DNA of 64,000 nucleotides. Source: an uncultured Aestuarium sp. Lineage in GTDB: Bacteria > Pseudomonadota > Alphaproteobacteria > Rhodobacterales > Rhodobacteraceae. Numbering within the stretch: position 1 is the first letter of the stretch; the number at the start of each line of letters is the position of its first letter. A program made the translations under genes and the position numbers. Positions 9,998-21,759 of this stretch are shown piece after piece. The stretch covers positions 1,651-65,650 of the forward strand of contig CAYWUN010000005.1 in assembly GCA_964461315.1 (NCBI GenBank), written 5' to 3'. The notes under the pieces are model-generated. The model searched no databases and had not been told where the DNA came from. It was given only the letters and a program-made list of their open reading frames with translations.

Positions 9998-11959
9998 TTA
10001 AACGTCGAGTTCTTCTACAAACTTTGCGTTTTCTTGGATGTACTGGAAACGCAATTCAGGTTTTTTGCCCATGAGGCGCTCGACGAGATCGCCCGTTTCG
10101 CCCGGTTCATCTTCGTCGATCGTGACACGGATGAGCTTGCGGGTCTTGGGGTCCATCGTGGTCTCCTTCAGGTCCTTGGCATCCATCTCACCGAGGCCTT
10201 TAAAGCGTTGCACGTCAATCTTGCCCTTGCCACCAAGGCCCTTTGCCATCGCGGCGTCCTTTTCGGCGTCATCAGCCACATAGAGGCGGCGCGCGCCTTG
10301 CGTCAGGCGATAGAGCGGCGGACAGGCTAGATAAAGGTGGCCGTGATCGATGAGCGGCCGCATCTGCGTAAAGAAGAAAGTCATCAAGAGCGAAGCGATG
10401 TGGGCACCATCAACGTCAGCATCGGTCATGATGATGATCTTGTCATAGCGAAGGTCATCAAGATTGAACTTGGTCCCCATCCGCACACCAAGTGCTTCGC
10501 AAAGGTCATTGATCTCTTGGTTAGTCGTAAGTTTGTTGGATGCGGCGCCCAAAACGTTGAGGATCTTACCTTTGAGCGGCAAGAGCGCTTGGGTTTCGCG
10601 GATACGCGCTCCTTTGGCCGAACCACCAGCAGAGTCGCCTTCGACGATGAACAGCTCTGTGCCCTCACGGTTCTTTGCCGTGCAGTCAGTAAGCTTTCCT
10701 GGAAGGCGGAGTTTCTTTGTCGCGGACTTTCGTGCGGTTTCCTTTTCTTGGCGGCGACGAAGACGCTCTTCGGCACGCAGGACAAGGAAATCAAGGATTG
10801 CGCCAGCGGATTTGTTGTCCGCGGCAAGCCAGTTGTCAAAGTGGTCACGAACGGCTGTTTCAACCCATTTCGAGGCTTCTTCTGTCGAGAGACGGTCTTT
10901 GGTTTGGCCCACAAAGGACGGCTCACGGATAAAGATCGAAATTAGGGCGCAGCCCCCTGTGAGCATGTCTTCGCGTGTGATCTGAGCGGCCTTTTTGTTC
11001 CCAACAAGTTCGCCATAGGCCTTTACGCCCTTGAGCATTGCTGCCCAGAAACCAGCCTCGTGTGTGCCGCCTTCGGGAGTGGGAACGGTGTTACAATATG
11101 ACTGAATGAAGCCGTCGCGCGAAGGTGTCCAGTTGATTGCCCATTCGACTGACCCCGGAACGCCAAACTTTTCCTCGAACGAAACTTTGCCGGCAAAGGG
11201 TCGTTCGGAATAGACCATAACGCCTTCAAGCGTTTGGTTGAGGAAGTCGGCTAGACCATTGGGGAAATGGAACGTTGCTTCGCGAGGGGTCTCACCGTCG
11301 TCAATTTCGGACTTCCAGCGGATTTCAACGCCGGAGAAGAGATAAGCTTTGGAGCGCACCATCTTGTAGAGACGGGCAGGTTTGAGCTTGAGCGAGCCAA
11401 AAATCTCGGCATCGGGGTGGAATGTCACAGTGGTGCCGCGACGATTTGGAGCAGCGCCGATCTTTTGGATTGGACCTTGTGGGACACCGCGCGAGAAGCT
11501 CTGCTCATAGAGCTCTTTGTTGCGTGCGACCTGAACGACCATAAGATCGGAAAGAGCGTTCACAACCGACGAACCCACACCATTGAGGCCCCCAGAGGTC
11601 GAATAGGCTTTGTTCGAGAACTTACCGCCTGCGTGTAGAACCGTAAGAATAACTTCGAGAGCAGACTTGCCCGGAAACTTGGGGTGAGGATCTACGGGCA
11701 TCCCGCGACCATTGTCGCGTACAGAAATCGAGTAGTCTGCGTGAAGCTCTACTTCGATGCGATTGGCGTGGCCAGCAACGGCTTCATCCATCGAGTTGTC
11801 GAGAATTTCGGCAACCATGTGGTGGAGCGCCCGCTCGTCGGTGCCCCCGATGTACATGCCCGGACGTTTGCGAACAGGCTCTAACCCTTCAAGCACCTCA
11901 ATCGAGGATGCATCATAGGTGGTTTCGGGCTGTGCCCCTGACAGGAGATCGTCGGCCAT
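9998..11959 (-). CDS. parE: DNA topoisomerase IV subunit B
   Basis: LEGLEPVRKRPGMYIG, GHKL ATPase, VEGDSAGGS, DADVDG, QRFKGLGEM; lacks the GyrB insertion. Start refined to 11959. Confidence 0.95.
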   Translation of the reverse strand: MADDLLSGAQPETTYDASSIEVLEGLEPVRKRPGMYIGGTDERALHHMVAEILDNSMDEAVAGHANRIEVELHADYSISVRDNGRGMPVDPHPKFPGKSALEVILTVLHAGGKFSNKAYSTSGGLNGVGSSVVNALSDLMVVQVARNKELYEQSFSRGVPQGPIQKIGAAPNRRGTTVTFHPDAEIFGSLKLKPARLYKMVRSKAYLFSGVEIRWKSEIDDGETPREATFHFPNGLADFLNQTLEGVMVYSERPFAGKVSFEEKFGVPGSVEWAINWTPSRDGFIQSYCNTVPTPEGGTHEAGFWAAMLKGVKAYGELVGNKKAAQITREDMLTGGCALISIFIREPSFVGQTKDRLSTEEASKWVETAVRDHFDNWLAADNKSAGAILDFLVLRAEERLRRRQEKETARKSATKKLRLPGKLTDCTAKNREGTELFIVEGDSAGGSAKGARIRETQALLPLKGKILNVLGAASNKLTTNQEINDLCEALGVRMGTKFNLDDLRYDKIIIMTDADVDGAHIASLLMTFFFTQMRPLIDHGHLYLACPPLYRLTQGARRLYVADDAEKDAAMAKGLGGKGKIDVQRFKGLGEMDAKDLKETTMDPKTRKLIRVTIDEDEPGETGDLVERLMGKKPELRFQYIQENAKFVEELDV

Positions 11960-12067
11960 TGCTCTGCTCTTTTCTCTATGTTTGCGACAATATGGCAAAT
12001 CCAAGGGGCAGGGGGAAGATGTTCTGGTCCAGATTAGAACGAATGAGTTGCGTTAGATGGAGGTGAT

Positions 12068-12592
12068 ATGGCTAAAGTTCTCGTTTTGAATGCCCCTCCG
12101 AGCCAATCAAAGACCTTGGGACCCTCTGATCGGCTTGCCTATTTTGATGTGAGAGCTGTGCCGCTCAAGCGAGAGGTGACTGCACTTGAGGCTTGGGATC
12201 TTACAATGTCGCGACCGATCCCAGGCATAGCGCTCGCCTTTAGGTTAAGAGACGCGATCTCATCACTTTTTGGGGTGAAAAAGATTGGCGGCTTTACAGG
12301 AGATCGTCAGGGACCTCTCGGTGTTGGTGACAAAATAGACTTTTTCCTGATCGAAGAAATTTCAGATCAGGTTCTGGTTCTGACTGAACGAGATAAACAT
12401 TTGGATGTCATGACCAGTGTCACGACAACAGATGGTGTTCTTGCAATTACATCATCTGTGATCACTCATAACCTCTTTGGGCGGATTTACATGATCCCTG
12501 TGGGTGTCGCCCATAAGATCATTGTAAATCTTATGTTAGCGCAGGTAGGACAGGTCTTGAACGTGCCGAGGCAAGAGTTATCCTCCAATTAG
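12068..12592 (+). CDS. DUF2867-like protein
   Basis: LRD....FG, DKHLD, HN.FGR.YM.PV..H pattern. Confidence 0.7.
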   Translation: MAKVLVLNAPPSQSKTLGPSDRLAYFDVRAVPLKREVTALEAWDLTMSRPIPGIALAFRLRDAISSLFGVKKIGGFTGDRQGPLGVGDKIDFFLIEEISDQVLVLTERDKHLDVMTSVTTTDGVLAITSSVITHNLFGRIYMIPVGVAHKIIVNLMLAQVGQVLNVPRQELSSN

Positions 12593-12605
12593 TGGAGGAC
12601 CTTCA

Positions 12606-13493
12606 ATGCGCATTTTCATGACGGGCGGCAGCGGAAAAGCTGGACGCTACACAGTTGATCATCTTATTTCACTTGGCCATCTGGTGACTAATGCTGATCT
12701 TGTACCTCTTGATCACCCCAAGGTGCACAATATCAAAGTGGATCTGACAGATGCGGGGCAGGTCCTAAACGCGCTTCACGCATATGCCGATTTTCATGAG
12801 CTGGAACCTGGTACGGGCGTGCCCAAATATGACGCGATCGTTCATTTCGCGGCAGTGCCCCGCATTCTTTTGGTGCCCGATAACGAGACTTATCGAGTGA
12901 ACGTTCTAAGCACATATAACGTACTCGACGCGGCCGCAAAATTCGGGATCAAAAAGGTCATCTTCGCAAGTTCCGAGACAACTTATGGCGTTTGCTTTGC
13001 AGATGGCGAAGTCAAACCAGAGTATATCCCCGTGGACGAGGAGCATCCAACGGTTCCCCAAGACAGCTATGCCATGTCCAAAGTGGTCAACGAAGTTACA
13101 GCAAAGAGTTTTCAAGCGCGAACAGGTGCCGATATCTATGGCTTCCGGATCAATAACGTGATCGAGCCGCATGAATACACTCAGAACTTCCCCGCATTTA
13201 TTGAAGACCCCGCTAAGCGTCGTCGCAATATTTTCGCTTATATCGACGCGCGCGATCTAGCCCATATGGTCGAATGCTGCCTGAACACGGATGGTCTCGG
13301 ATACGAGGTTTTCAATGTATCCAACGATGACAGCTCCGTTGGCATTCCCTCTGCTCAGGTGATTGAGGAATTTTACAAAGATGTGGCGCTAAAGCGTAAC
13401 ATAGGCGAATTCGAGACGTTTTACTCGAATGACAAGGCAAAGCGCCTCGTCGGCTTTACGCCGAAGCATGGAACATGGCGTTCAGAGATCTAG
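12606..13493 (+). CDS. NAD-dependent epimerase/dehydratase (extended SDR)
   Basis: TGGSGKAG, ASS, YAMSK. Confidence 0.9.
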   Translation: MRIFMTGGSGKAGRYTVDHLISLGHLVTNADLVPLDHPKVHNIKVDLTDAGQVLNALHAYADFHELEPGTGVPKYDAIVHFAAVPRILLVPDNETYRVNVLSTYNVLDAAAKFGIKKVIFASSETTYGVCFADGEVKPEYIPVDEEHPTVPQDSYAMSKVVNEVTAKSFQARTGADIYGFRINNVIEPHEYTQNFPAFIEDPAKRRRNIFAYIDARDLAHMVECCLNTDGLGYEVFNVSNDDSSVGIPSAQVIEEFYKDVALKRNIGEFETFYSNDKAKRLVGFTPKHGTWRSEI

Positions 13494-13501
13494 GCCAACC
13501 C

Positions 13502-14155
13502 ATGTTTCGTCATGTTCTGATTGCGGCTTTTTTCGCGCTCGTTCCTACTGTTGGTGCGGCTCTGCCTCTGATTTTCGTGCAGACGACAGTTACTTTGTTT
13601 GCCGATGAAACTGGGGCGCTCGAAGCGATTGGCATTGATTGGCTCTATGATCAGGAATTTACCCATCTGCTTGCTCATGAAATCGGCGCAGATGAAGATG
13701 AAACGATGCGGTTGTCTGAGGACGAAATTTCAAGGCTCCGTGAGCTGGTGCTCGATTGGCCCCCAGAGTTCAAAGGCGATCTTGTCGTCCGCGTAGGGGA
13801 CGAGGATATGAGCCTCTTGCCGCGTGAAATGGCGTCGATGACTTTTGAATTTGGTCACATCAGAGAAAAATATAGAAGATCACTTTCTCGATCTCTTGGG
13901 GCGACCGACACCGTCACAATCAAGGTCTTTGATCCTGCCTATATTACTGCCTATAGCATTGTTTCTGAATTGAAAATTGAAGGACCGCTCGCATGCCCAT
14001 CAAAGGTCATCAAAGCCGATATGGATAAGGCACATGAGTCGGCCACCACAATTTTAGGGGGAGTTCAAGTCGGAGATTTGACCGGCGAAGACATTTTTCC
14101 TCCCTTTGGCGAGGCATTCGCGGATACAGTGGTCATCACTTGCGAACAGTTTTGA
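13502..14155 (+). CDS. DUF1007 family periplasmic protein (divergent)
   Basis: Signal peptide, then LPLIFV (family typically HPHVF), W.YD.., FDPAY..Y, C..G..FAD.V...C. Confidence 0.6.
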   Translation: MFRHVLIAAFFALVPTVGAALPLIFVQTTVTLFADETGALEAIGIDWLYDQEFTHLLAHEIGADEDETMRLSEDEISRLRELVLDWPPEFKGDLVVRVGDEDMSLLPREMASMTFEFGHIREKYRRSLSRSLGATDTVTIKVFDPAYITAYSIVSELKIEGPLACPSKVIKADMDKAHESATTILGGVQVGDLTGEDIFPPFGEAFADTVVITCEQF

Positions 14156-14263
14156 GCGTTCTGCTTGCGCTCGAGCCAAATTAGCCCTTAACGGGACCCA
14201 TCAAGAATAAGCTCAACGCTCGTCTGCGTCTTGGGTGTAACAGGTATTATTTAGGAACTGGTC

Positions 14264-15628
14264 ATGCAGTCCGGCAAGAAAGAGGTCTGGGATTACGTCA
14301 TCGCACTCTTGCGACTTGGAATTCCTTTGGTTGGAACAAATGTGGCTGCTTTCGCAATCCACATGACTGACACCTTGATGCTTGGGCGCTATGATATTTC
14401 GGCACTCGCGGCCGCAACCGTCGCTACGTCGTTCTATTTCGTCATTTTCATGTTCGGAAGCGGTTTTGGAATGGCTGTTCTGCCGATTGTGTCTTCCGCC
14501 GTTGTATCGGGTGATCGCGTTCTTGCCCGCCGAGCAACACGCATGTCCATGTGGCTCGGGGTCGCCTTTTTTGTGGCGGTCTTCCCGTTGATGTGGTGGT
14601 CAGAATTCTTGATGTGTTCAATGGGGCAGACGCCAACAGTCGCTGCTCTTGCTCAGGATTATTTGCGGATTGCAATGTTCGGCATGTTGCCAGCATTAGT
14701 CCTCATGTCTTTGAGGTCATTCTTATCCGCTATGGATCACGCGAAGATCCAGCTTTGGGTAACGATAGGTGGGATCGCCTTAAATGCTGCAGTGAATTAC
14801 CTGCTGATCTTCGGGAGCTTTGGTGCACCGGAACTTGGCATTCGCGGAGCGGCCTATGCCTCGGTTCTGGTGCAGATCGGCATGCTTGCTTCCTATATTC
14901 TCTTTGTCCATTTCAAAGAATACCGCTTCTTGCTATTCCAACGCATTTGGAAGCCCGATTGGGAGCTGTTTAGAAAAGTTGCCGGAATGGGAATTCCCAT
15001 TGGTCTTACCTCGCTTGCCGAAGGCGGAATGTTCTCGGCAAGCGCAATCATGATGGGTTGGATAGGTGAGATCGAGCTTGCCGCCCACGGGATAGCGCTC
15101 CAGCTTACCGCACTCACATTCATGTTCCATGTTGGCATGAGCCAAGCTGCAACGGTTCTTGCAGGACGAGCCTATGGAAACAAAAACGAAGATGAACTGC
15201 GAAAGGTGGCAAAAGCGGCAATTTCCATCGCAGGATTCTTTGGTGTGCTGGTGATCTGCGTTTTCTGCGTGTTCCCGAGCCAGCTCGTGATGATTTTTCT
15301 AGATCCACACGAACCTAGGTTGATCGAGCTTCTCAGCATCGGCTCTACGCTTGTCATCGTATCGACTATGTTCCAGTTCATGGACAGCGGTCAGATCGTT
15401 GCCTTGTCGCTTTTGCGTGGGGTGCACGACACGACTGTTCCAATGTGGCTTGCCGTCGTCAGCTATTGGATTATCGGGCTGTTGTCGTCCTATTTGTTCG
15501 CATTCGTCTTCGGCCTTGGACCTGTCGGTCTTTGGTTCGGACTTTCTGCGGGGTTAGGTGCTGCCGCTTTCAGTATGATGGCACGGTTTTGGGGCAACTC
15601 TGTTAAGATTGGACCGAAAGCCGTATAA
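14264..15628 (+). CDS. MATE family efflux transporter (NorM-like)
   Basis: About 12 TM segments; DT.MLGR, PELGIRGAA, G.PIG, LAAH.IA. Confidence 0.9.
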   Translation: MQSGKKEVWDYVIALLRLGIPLVGTNVAAFAIHMTDTLMLGRYDISALAAATVATSFYFVIFMFGSGFGMAVLPIVSSAVVSGDRVLARRATRMSMWLGVAFFVAVFPLMWWSEFLMCSMGQTPTVAALAQDYLRIAMFGMLPALVLMSLRSFLSAMDHAKIQLWVTIGGIALNAAVNYLLIFGSFGAPELGIRGAAYASVLVQIGMLASYILFVHFKEYRFLLFQRIWKPDWELFRKVAGMGIPIGLTSLAEGGMFSASAIMMGWIGEIELAAHGIALQLTALTFMFHVGMSQAATVLAGRAYGNKNEDELRKVAKAAISIAGFFGVLVICVFCVFPSQLVMIFLDPHEPRLIELLSIGSTLVIVSTMFQFMDSGQIVALSLLRGVHDTTVPMWLAVVSYWIIGLLSSYLFAFVFGLGPVGLWFGLSAGLGAAAFSMMARFWGNSVKIGPKAV

Positions 15629-15629
15629 C

Positions 15630-16055
15630 CTAGTTGGTGTTTTCTTTGGTGGTTGACGGTTTGAGAATTCGGTCAGCCTTTTTGCGAACCAAAACGGTCC
15701 GAAGATCATGCATTGCAAGAAGGAGCGTGTCTGTCACCTCCTCAAGCTGCTCGTCCGTAGCGCGCGCTTGTGCCCATTGCGTGGTTAGGTTCCTGTGGTC
15801 GACGGCACGGAAGATATCATCGATATCACGCTGCATGAGTATGCGATTACGCTCTTCCATCCAAGACTTGATCTCTTTGAGATCCGCTTCGGTGAGCATG
15901 CGGTCGCCTTGGGGTTTGATGTCACCATTTTTGACGTTGATGACTGCGATCTGGTTCATTTCGATCCGGCGTTGTCGGTTCTCGGTGTCAACCTTGAACA
16001 CCACCGCGCCGTTTTCACGAACCCGAAAATAATAGTCCGGAAGATCTCCGCTCAT
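15630..16055 (-). CDS. Conserved hypothetical protein
   Basis: LPDYYFRVRENGA.VF.VDTENRQRRIEM; SD present; downstream of the aminotransferase gene. Confidence 0.75.
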   Translation of the reverse strand: MSGDLPDYYFRVRENGAVVFKVDTENRQRRIEMNQIAVINVKNGDIKPQGDRMLTEADLKEIKSWMEERNRILMQRDIDDIFRAVDHRNLTTQWAQARATDEQLEEVTDTLLLAMHDLRTVLVRKKADRILKPSTTKENTN

Positions 16056-16065
16056 CGCTTACCCC

Positions 16066-17748
<1,683 letters not shown>

Positions 17749-17752
<4 letters not shown>

Positions 17753-18021
17753 GCGAAGACCGTTCTATCCGCATCAAACGCCTTGCTATGCGCTCTATGC
17801 GTCGTGGCATCAAGGAAATGGACCTGATCTTGTCGGCCTATGCCGACAGTCATCTCGCATCGATGTCAGATGCTGAACTAGACGCCTATGAGGCGCTCCT
17901 CGAAGAGAATGATCAGGACCTGTATCAGTGGGTGAGCGGTCAAATGGATGCGCCAAGTCAGCACGCGGATTTGGTTGCTAAAATTGCTGACGGCGCACAC
18001 GGCCTCACCCGGCCTGCTTAA
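17749..18021 (+). CDS. sdhE: Succinate dehydrogenase assembly factor 2 (FAD assembly factor)
   Basis: RRGIKEMD (RGxxE) motif, DQDLY.W. Confidence 0.9.
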
Positions 18022-18129
18022 TAGATTGTTATTACCACAATTTTAGCAATCTTTTATGTCGTGGTTTAACCAAATGTTCTCGGTTTGATCTCTATTCTTG
18101 GCCTAGTTGCTGAAAAGGAGAACAAACCG

Positions 18130-18654
18130 ATGACACAACTCACTGCGATACCAAGTGCTCCCACCCATTTTGTGCCGATGGCGGCACAGAATGCGGCCTT
18201 TATGACGAGCTATCTCGATACCTTGACGCTTGTTGAACGTCTGCACCGTCTGCTGCTTGATGTCATTAAAGATGAAGCCGAGCGTCTTGGCCTGATTGAA
18301 ATCAATCCGGTACAGGCTTTGCTACTCTTCAATGTCGGTGAACACGAGGTCACCGCTGGCGAGCTCAAGTCGCGCGGATACTATCAGGGATCTAACGTCA
18401 GCTATAATCTCAAGAAGCTTGTCGAGCTTGGCTATATGCACCATCAACGCTGTGATGTTGACCGACGATCTGTGCGGGTAAGGCTCACCGAAAAGGGGCG
18501 CCGAATCCGCGGGATCATTTCCGAACTTTTCTCGCGTCATTCCGAAGGCATGCTTGATCGCGGGGTGCTCGATCTTGATGGGATTGATCACATCACTTCA
18601 TCGTTGCGCCGCGTAGAGCGGTATTGGGCGGACCAGATTCGCTATATCTACTGA
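18130..18654 (+). CDS. MarR family regulator (LdtR-like)
   Basis: ERLHR.LLDVIKDE, RGYY.GSNVSYNLKKL, DRRSVRV.LT.KG. Confidence 0.88.
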   Translation: MTQLTAIPSAPTHFVPMAAQNAAFMTSYLDTLTLVERLHRLLLDVIKDEAERLGLIEINPVQALLLFNVGEHEVTAGELKSRGYYQGSNVSYNLKKLVELGYMHHQRCDVDRRSVRVRLTEKGRRIRGIISELFSRHSEGMLDRGVLDLDGIDHITSSLRRVERYWADQIRYIY

Positions 18655-18668
18655 TCCGTCCAATTCGA

Positions 18669-19097
18669 CTACCAGTGTCCGATGTTCGGCATGCTGGTCC
18701 AAGGTTCCGCTGGTTCCAGAGCATCACCTGCCTGAAGGATTTCGATAGAAACGTTATCGGGCGAGCGAACAAAAGCCATCCGGCCATCACGCGGAGGTCG
18801 GTTGATCGTGACACCGTTATCGATCAGGTGCTGACAAGTCTCATAGATGTTGTCCACCGCATAGGCGAGGTGTCCAAAGTGACGGCTGTCAGAAGGTAGC
18901 CCGTCATCCCCATCCCAGTTATAGGTTAACTCGACAGGGCATTCCTCTTGACCCGGAGGCGCCATGAAAACGAGTGTGAATCGCCCGCCTTGGCTTTCCG
19001 AGCGGCGCGTCTCGCGCAGGCCGAGTAGCTCGTAGAATGCAACCGATTTCTCAAGGTCGAGCACACGAACCATCGTGTGAAGATATTTCAAGGGCAT
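18669..19097 (-). CDS. gloA: Lactoylglutathione lyase (VOC family)
   Basis: YLHTMVRV, ELTYNW, FGHLA, F.RSPD..SIE. Confidence 0.85.
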   Translation of the reverse strand: MPLKYLHTMVRVLDLEKSVAFYELLGLRETRRSESQGGRFTLVFMAPPGQEECPVELTYNWDGDDGLPSDSRHFGHLAYAVDNIYETCQHLIDNGVTINRPPRDGRMAFVRSPDNVSIEILQAGDALEPAEPWTSMPNIGHW

Positions 19098-19157
19098 CGT
19101 CTAACTCCTATTTCTTTGGGAGAGTTTGACGCCCGTTCCAGCGGATGCAAGTAGCTT

Positions 19158-20549
19158 TTAGAAAGCTGATTTGAAATTAAGCCCTACACTCGTGACCGTC
19201 TTGTCATAGAGGTCTCGGTCGCTCCGCGTTGCGGACCCGCTGATCGTGACAACAGGCACAAAGCCGTAAACTTCGGCCTTCGGTGCCGCGATATTTAGGC
19301 CCAAGTTGAATGTCGCGTCCGTTCTGGTGCCTGAACCGCCGTTCCAACCTTCAAACCTGCGCCAGCTTTGACCGGTAGAGCCAGAGAACTCGAAGCCGAA
19401 GATCGGGACAGGATGTGAATAGGAAACTGAAACACCACCGCCAAAGCTTGCTTTGAGCGGATCGACCGCGCTTACTTTGCTCGTATTGACGTCAAAACCC
19501 AGTCGCCCGCCGCTTTCCATCACATGTTGCCATTGCCCGGAAACGCCAAAGGTTTGGCTTTCGTCTGAACTTGCGGGATAGCTTGTCAGCTCGTAGCGCG
19601 GCAATAGAGTTAATCCATTTTGCGCATCGATCGACCAAAACCGCTTGGCATTGATCGCCAAGCTTCGTTGAAGCACAGTGCCACCATACCAGACCTGCGA
19701 AATCTCGGGGGAAACAGCATAATAGCCCCCAGAATTTGCGGCCCAAACACGATCCAGACCAAAACTCACGCTTTGCGTGGAATAGGAATTAGGATCGATA
19801 GTCGGATTTGCGGCCCGCTCAGCGCTTGTAAAAAGAACCTGATTGGCGCTTGCGCTAAAGGTAAGAGAGGTTCGTGAGTTGGGCGTTTGGCTCAAGGTGA
19901 ACCCAAGATTAAGTCCCGCCTGAATATTATATCCTTTTATCGCCTGCGAGCTTGCAGAGAGATCAACGACATCCCCGACGACTGCGTTACTTCCCAGATA
20001 GGACTTCAAGAAATCCGCCCAATCCGGCGCAATAACTTGTGACTTGGAGCTTCCATTGTTCACGTTGTTGCTCGGGCTTATGCCAAAGCTTAATATAATC
20101 GAAAGCGGATTTCGTCCTTCAACAATCCGAAAGTCTTGTGCGGCAATGGCCCGTGCCTGATCGTCAGGGGCAGCTTGACGTGCGCGGCGAAGCCATAACT
20201 GTGCACGCGTAAATTCATTCTTATTAGCGTGGGCAAGGGCAACCACCCGCGCCGCAGCAAATCGCGCATGATCATTTTCCGAGATCGAAAACGCGGTGCC
20301 TGCGAGGGTTTTGGCGTCGTCAAATTGTCCAGTCGCAATTGCCACGCGGGCCCGCACGATTAGGGCTGTTACGTCTTGAGGGTTGCGCTGAAGGAGTGCG
20401 GTGGAAAGTTGGCCCGCTGTTTCAAAATCGCCATTATTAACGGCAGCAATCGCAACGTTTCTTGCTTCTTCTGGCGTGAACTCAACGTTCTGCGCTGCGA
20501 CAGAGGATGCTGCGCAGACAAAGGCAAAAACGAGAGAACGAATACGCAT
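19158..20549 (-). CDS. TPR plus DUF560 outer-membrane protein (Slam / type XI secretion translocon)
   Basis: Signal peptide, N-terminal TPR-like helices, ISPSNNVNNG motif, amphipathic beta strands, terminal Phe (LNFKSAF). Confidence 0.75.
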   Translation of the reverse strand: MRIRSLVFAFVCAASSVAAQNVEFTPEEARNVAIAAVNNGDFETAGQLSTALLQRNPQDVTALIVRARVAIATGQFDDAKTLAGTAFSISENDHARFAAARVVALAHANKNEFTRAQLWLRRARQAAPDDQARAIAAQDFRIVEGRNPLSIILSFGISPSNNVNNGSSKSQVIAPDWADFLKSYLGSNAVVGDVVDLSASSQAIKGYNIQAGLNLGFTLSQTPNSRTSLTFSASANQVLFTSAERAANPTIDPNSYSTQSVSFGLDRVWAANSGGYYAVSPEISQVWYGGTVLQRSLAINAKRFWSIDAQNGLTLLPRYELTSYPASSDESQTFGVSGQWQHVMESGGRLGFDVNTSKVSAVDPLKASFGGGVSVSYSHPVPIFGFEFSGSTGQSWRRFEGWNGGSGTRTDATFNLGLNIAAPKAEVYGFVPVVTISGSATRSDRDLYDKTVTSVGLNFKSAF

Positions 20550-20560
20550 AACCGCCAAAC

Positions 20561-21610
20561 TTAACGATAGGCGATAAATCCGCCTGTTTCCTGTGCTTTA
20601 ACACCAGTGTAACGCGGATCGGTGGATTCGATAACGATAATGCCTACAATCTCGCCGCCATCCGAAGCGCTCGTCGCGTCACCCGACAATATCGCATAAT
20701 ACTTGCCGGTTTCGTAGGCTTGAGCCGCGCCACCAGAGGCCGTGGTGAAAGAACCGATTGATCCTGTCACCTCGCCATTGGCAGCGATGCCCGTGTCATC
20801 TTTGGTGACCGTGATCTGAAGGTTGGGAAGTGCGAGGTTTCCTGTGCCACCTAGTGTAATCAGGTTGCCATTTATGTCATAGGCGCGCCGGTTCTTGATG
20901 TCGCCGTTGATAGTAGCGCCGCTATTGAAGTCGTTGAAATCAACAACCAACTGGATATCGCCTTCGGTGTATTCAAGGCCACCCATCGTGTCGAAAACTC
21001 GCATGCCGGCATAATCACCTTCGAATACCGCTTGGCCTGTTGTTGGCATCGTAACACCGCCAAGGCGCTGATAAACAAAGCCGCCAAAGCCATATTGCAC
21101 ATAGCCGCCGGTACGGTTGATCGCAAAAGCAGAACGAGGCGCGCCATCAACTTGCTTCGTACTGAAACCTACGAGTGCACGATAGTTGTTGACCTGCGGA
21201 ATTGTCTTGCCTGTCAGCGGATCAATCGCGGTCGCGTCTGCTTCGTAAACGGGATAGTTATTGACCTGGCTTACAGCATTACCGCGAACATAAACGTTGC
21301 CACCATCGAATGCGATGTTGTCGATGACAATCGTGTCGTTGGCCGAAACATAAGTAAAGCCGCGTGATAGGCCGCCAAACCCCGAGTCTGATGCTTCGTA
21401 GCGAATGATTTGCTCCACACCATTTGCGTTCGTGGTGCTCGGCGCCAGCGTCGTGCCTGTGATTGTGATGCCATTGGTATCGCTCTCGGTGGTCGTGTCG
21501 CCGCCGTTGCTAATCAAGCCCGCAAGATCATCTGCAAGCGGATTTGTCCCAGTACAGCCTGCGGCGAAAAGGGGTAACACAGCAGCGAGGCAAATGATGA
21601 GACTATACAT
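20561..21610 (-). CDS. Surface lipoprotein with TbpB-like C-terminal barrel (probable Slam cargo)
   Basis: Lipobox FAAG-C, Thr/Gly/Asp-rich linker, MPTTGQAVFEG..G, LVVDFN, GEIVG motifs. Confidence 0.7.
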   Translation of the reverse strand: MYSLIICLAAVLPLFAAGCTGTNPLADDLAGLISNGGDTTTESDTNGITITGTTLAPSTTNANGVEQIIRYEASDSGFGGLSRGFTYVSANDTIVIDNIAFDGGNVYVRGNAVSQVNNYPVYEADATAIDPLTGKTIPQVNNYRALVGFSTKQVDGAPRSAFAINRTGGYVQYGFGGFVYQRLGGVTMPTTGQAVFEGDYAGMRVFDTMGGLEYTEGDIQLVVDFNDFNSGATINGDIKNRRAYDINGNLITLGGTGNLALPNLQITVTKDDTGIAANGEVTGSIGSFTTASGGAAQAYETGKYYAILSGDATSASDGGEIVGIIVIESTDPRYTGVKAQETGGFIAYR

Positions 21611-21759
21611 AGGTAGGTATCTATATCCGTTTGGGTTAAGGCACCTTTGCTTGCAAGTCGAAGTCTGTCAACCAGAGCAGGCTTCAGAATCGGCCTCGCA
21701 ACCCCAAAAAACTACGCTATGTGGAAATAAATTTTGCTGAACACCTAGATATAGACGTT

